Positions 60,216-64,000 of a stretch of 64,000 nt of DNA are shown one piece after another; the first letter of the stretch is position 1; each line of letters begins with the position of its first letter. The stretch comes from a virus, in the IMG/VR virus record IMGVR_UViG_3300031578_000004, positions 66,359-130,358 of that record; one strand, given 5' to 3'. The translations under genes were made by a program, and so were the position numbers. The notes beneath the pieces were generated by a model. That model was given only the letters and a program-made list of their open reading frames with translations. It was not told the DNA's origin and did no database searches.

Positions 60216-61430
60216 ATGGTAACTCAGGCAGAATATGATCTAATGTTTCAATCTGTAAGAGAATTGTATATAAGAATGGCTGTATTGGATATGAATGATA
60301 ATATAGTCGATAGAATAGAAGGATTTTTAATTGATGGAAATATCACGATTGATAATTCTTCCTCTATAAGAAGAACAGCAGACAGTATAAAACTATATTT
60401 AAAAAATAATTTTATTCCTGCTCCTGATAGTCCAATATGGTTAAATAAAAGATTTAAATTAGAAGTGGGAATAAAATCTATAAAAAATGACCAAATATAT
60501 TACTTTAATTTAGGCATATTTAGTTATGACCAACCTCAAACAAACATAAGTCTTGCTGAACATACTATTACCATTAAAGGTGTAGATAAAATGGCTTTCC
60601 ATGATGGAACTTATAATGGGAAATTAGATGTCCCTAAAACAATTTGTAATGTAGATGCACCTATAAGTCAAGCAATAAGAGCAACCATTACTGGGTTAGG
60701 ACATGAGACAAAATGTATAATTGAAGATTGTGTTGATGATAGCGGTGTTATTAGAAACGTTCCTTATAAACTCGAAAAAGATATCGGGAGTACAGAATGG
60801 GATATAATAAAAGAATTGTCAAATTTATATATGTGGTATCAATGTTACTATGACATTGATGGTTTTTTTAGATATGAGAAATATAAATTTAGATTAACAG
60901 ACCCTATTATATGGGATTTTTCAGATTATGATTTTAGGATAACAAGCCAAACAATAGATGATTTTCAAAATGTAAGAAATATAATAAAAGTATATGGTGG
61001 AGAACAAGGTGATGGCACTCAACCAAGTGCAATAGCAAGAAACGATGACCCAACCAATAAATATTCAACTGTAAATATAGGGGAACGGATTTTACCTATA
61101 TCTGAGACGACATATTATAATGTATCCCAGTGTCAAGATTGTGCAGATTATAATTTGTTTCTTCATAGTAACTTAAATGAAAAAATTTCAATTAGTTGTT
61201 TACCCATATATTTAATTAATGATGTTAATACATTAATTAAATTTAATGTCCCTGCTCATAATTTAAAAGGAGTCTATATGGTAGATAAAATAGGTTTTCC
61301 TTTGAAAATAGATGGGACTATGACAATAGATGCTCATAAGATTTATGATTTGACATCTCAAGAAGATAATGTTCTTTATCCTAATGGTCGATTGTATCCA
61401 GAGGATGGATTATATCCTAATATTAATTAA
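60216..61430 (+). CDS. Putative baseplate hub / tail protein
   Basis: GNITIDNSSSIRRT...YFNLGIF...YYDIDGFFRY...RNIIKVYG. Confidence 0.6.
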   Translation: MVTQAEYDLMFQSVRELYIRMAVLDMNDNIVDRIEGFLIDGNITIDNSSSIRRTADSIKLYLKNNFIPAPDSPIWLNKRFKLEVGIKSIKNDQIYYFNLGIFSYDQPQTNISLAEHTITIKGVDKMAFHDGTYNGKLDVPKTICNVDAPISQAIRATITGLGHETKCIIEDCVDDSGVIRNVPYKLEKDIGSTEWDIIKELSNLYMWYQCYYDIDGFFRYEKYKFRLTDPIIWDFSDYDFRITSQTIDDFQNVRNIIKVYGGEQGDGTQPSAIARNDDPTNKYSTVNIGERILPISETTYYNVSQCQDCADYNLFLHSNLNEKISISCLPIYLINDVNTLIKFNVPAHNLKGVYMVDKIGFPLKIDGTMTIDAHKIYDLTSQEDNVLYPNGRLYPEDGLYPNIN

Positions 61431-61450
61431 GAAAGGAAGGAGGTTCCTAT

Positions 61451-63625
61451 ATGTCAGTATATAATTATATTCCAAATAATTGGGATGGTAATAATGGAGC
61501 ATCAATAAATACAACTTCATTGCAGAAAATAGAGAGGGGTATAAAATTTTCTCACGAAAGAATAAATAATGTTGAAGATGAAATAAGTCAAACTACTACA
61601 AACATTATAGATGCAACAAATAATATTATAACTATAGATGGCAATATATTTACTTTACAAAGTTTTATGAATAAGTTTAATTTAAGTGGAGTAAATGGAC
61701 AGGTCTTAACTTTAAAAGATGGAAATATTATATTACAATCACCAATAAATGGAGAAACTTCAATAGGCAATATAACTCAATGGGAATCAAGTAAGTTATA
61801 TACAGAAAATGTTTCAACTGTAATTTATAACAATGGAAGTTTTTATGGATTTTATTTATGTAAAATTACAACTGCTAACATTTTATTTACCCCTACAGAT
61901 TGGGATTTAATAGGTGAAACAGGATTTATTAAATCTGATAGTACCAATACGCTAAGAAATAAAACTATAGATACAAGTAATAATACTATCACAAATATTG
62001 GATTAGGTAATTTCGTAAGTGGTCTTGTTGAAACAGATACTTTTTTAACAAGTAATAGTGACGCAAAAATCCCTTCTACCAAATCTGTCAAGGAATATAT
62101 AGATAATAAATTAGCTTCCATAGCTGGAGGATTAATAAAAAAAGGAACACTTGATGCTAGTCTAGGTATATTACCCTCAAATGTGAAATTGGGGGAATAT
62201 TACATTGTCAGTAAAGAGGGAAATGTTGGACAGATTCTACATACTGGAGATTACATAATTGCCAATAAAACTGTAGTAGGTAGTACAAATATGAGCGACT
62301 GGGATATAATTCCTAATACACTCTCTAGTGATATATTAAGAGAAATAAACATATCTACTAATGCAGATTTTACAATAGATACAGGAAAGTTAACTAATAG
62401 GGGAACTATTAAAACCTTTGTTGATGGATTAACTACTACTAAGGTGAATGTTTCGGATATCATTGATGACTTAATTCACATTGATACAAATAAACCATTA
62501 AGTGCAAATCAAGGTAAAACTTTAAAAGATTTACTAGGTTCTTTAAGTACAATTGTAAGTGGGAAAGCTATTCAAAGTGATTTAATTGTTACTAACGCAA
62601 ATGTTGCCGAAAATACTTCAGCTATAGTATTAAAGGCAGAAATCAATGATATTGGTACAACGGGAAATATAACAGAAACATATAGTGTAAATAAAATACT
62701 AGATTTACTGAATAATAAACAAAATATAATATTTATACAAACAACTCAACCTGCAATGTTAACAGACAATATTTGGATTGATACTACATTAATTCCTTAT
62801 AAAATTAGTAGGTGTGACGGGGTAGTTTACAATCAGATAGGTGGTACTGGAACAGGAGGAGGAACTTTATTAACTGATTGGGTTACAAATACATTTTATA
62901 CAGTAAATACTAACTTTGTAATTTATTCAAATACAATGTATAGATGTATATTAAGTCATACGAGTGTAACGTGGGACGCTCTAAAATGGCAACCAATTAG
63001 TGGTGGTAATTACAACGATTTATTAAATAAACCTACTATGTATTCTCCTAAAGGTATATGGAGTAATTTAACTGCTTATGTTACAAATGATTCCGTAACA
63101 TTAAATGGTAGTACATTTTATGCTTTATACAATAATACCAATCAACAACCATCAACTGCAAATCCACCTGTTAATACAGTATATTGGGCAGTTTTAGCTT
63201 CTATTGGTGCGACAGGTATACAAGGTTTAACAGGTTTAGATGGTGCGACAGGTATACAAGGTATACAAGGAGTTGAGGGTGCTAAAACGGTAGTATTCTG
63301 TTTAACTGGTGCGTTGACTATAGGAACTAACAAAATTGGTTGGCTAGCTACAGGTGCTTATACCATAACTAAAATAAAGATTTATTCTAGCACTGTACCA
63401 ACTGGCGCAGACATCATAGTGGATGTTAATAAGAATGATGTCTCACTATTTACTACTCAAACTAATAGACCAACGGTAATCGCTGGGACAAATTTAGGGG
63501 CAGACCGAATCAACATGGATATTGCTACAGTAGTTGAGAATGATTATGTTAATTTAGATATTGATCAAGTGGGTAGTATTATTGTCGGTGGAAACAACCT
63601 AATTGTAGAGTTGGTGATAGTTTAA
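61451..63625 (+). CDS. Tail fibre / receptor-binding protein
   Basis: PLSANQGKTLK fibre motif, CBM5/12-like W...Y repeats, collagen GxY stretch, C-terminal beta domain. Confidence 0.78.
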   Translation: MSVYNYIPNNWDGNNGASINTTSLQKIERGIKFSHERINNVEDEISQTTTNIIDATNNIITIDGNIFTLQSFMNKFNLSGVNGQVLTLKDGNIILQSPINGETSIGNITQWESSKLYTENVSTVIYNNGSFYGFYLCKITTANILFTPTDWDLIGETGFIKSDSTNTLRNKTIDTSNNTITNIGLGNFVSGLVETDTFLTSNSDAKIPSTKSVKEYIDNKLASIAGGLIKKGTLDASLGILPSNVKLGEYYIVSKEGNVGQILHTGDYIIANKTVVGSTNMSDWDIIPNTLSSDILREINISTNADFTIDTGKLTNRGTIKTFVDGLTTTKVNVSDIIDDLIHIDTNKPLSANQGKTLKDLLGSLSTIVSGKAIQSDLIVTNANVAENTSAIVLKAEINDIGTTGNITETYSVNKILDLLNNKQNIIFIQTTQPAMLTDNIWIDTTLIPYKISRCDGVVYNQIGGTGTGGGTLLTDWVTNTFYTVNTNFVIYSNTMYRCILSHTSVTWDALKWQPISGGNYNDLLNKPTMYSPKGIWSNLTAYVTNDSVTLNGSTFYALYNNTNQQPSTANPPVNTVYWAVLASIGATGIQGLTGLDGATGIQGIQGVEGAKTVVFCLTGALTIGTNKIGWLATGAYTITKIKIYSSTVPTGADIIVDVNKNDVSLFTTQTNRPTVIAGTNLGADRINMDIATVVENDYVNLDIDQVGSIIVGGNNLIVELVIV

Positions 63626-64000
63626 ATGGCAACTACATGGAACCCGTCGGATAAAGGTGCAAATGTTATTTTAAGTAATGGCGATTTAACGATGGCATCT
63701 AGCACAGGTGCTACAAATGGTAGTGTTAGGGCAAATAAAGGAGTTTCTTCTGGTAAATGGTATTGGGAAATAAAGTTTATCAGCGGATCATCCGTTATGG
63801 TAGGTGTTGGTAATACTCTTGCATCTTTAACATCTTTGAGTTATACAACTAATAATATTAGATTATATTATATTAATGGTGCTAAATATCCTGGTGGGGC
63901 AGCTTACGGGGCAGCTTACACAGTTAATGATGTTATAGGTGTTGCTCTTGACATGGATGTTGGAACATTAACATTCTATAAAAATGGTGTATCTCAAGGA
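63626..64000 (+). CDS. SPRY/B30.2-domain protein (partial, runs off the window)
   Basis: MATTWNPSDK...LSNGDLT...SSGKWYWEI...DVIGVALDMDVGTLTFYKNGVSQG. Confidence 0.82.
   Translation, partial: MATTWNPSDKGANVILSNGDLTMASSTGATNGSVRANKGVSSGKWYWEIKFISGSSVMVGVGNTLASLTSLSYTTNNIRLYYINGAKYPGGAAYGAAYTVNDVIGVALDMDVGTLTFYKNGVSQG

Noticed and set aside
54334-64000. Diversity-generating retroelement acting on tail fibres
   Set aside because: No reverse transcriptase and no template/variable repeat pair seen in this window

Overview
AT-rich 64-kb segment of a large tailed bacteriophage (or prophage) of a Bacillota host, probably clostridial, with SPbeta-like gene order. From left to right: (1-2.6 kb) minus-strand small genes, each behind its own sigma-A-like promoter; (2.6-4.1 kb) a non-coding stretch where G/C strand skew flips, holding a perfect Fur box; (4.1-10.4 kb) an accessory island with a sigma-D-type csrA-flagellin unit, a J-domain protein and membrane proteins/lipoproteins; (11.3-20.3 kb) small plus-strand genes, a Rep-like gene with upstream repeats, metK and two Dam-family methyltransferases, one of them split by an (AC)10 tract behind two alternative N-termini; (20.3-28.8 kb) a YonO-like single-subunit RNA polymerase, beta-CASP nuclease, YonK-like gene, about 1.1 kb of densely structured non-coding sequence (giant tRNA-like RNA plus large ncRNA candidate), metallophosphoesterase and ClpP-like protease; (29-64 kb) head and tail morphogenesis genes, with group I introns in the large terminase (HNH) and the major tail protein (LAGLIDADG). 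The most striking element is a radical-SAM/SPASM maturase cassette with a roughly 54-Cys CxxC/CxxxC repeat protein placed among the tail-fibre/baseplate genes. All family assignments come from motif recognition and synteny; no database searches were run.
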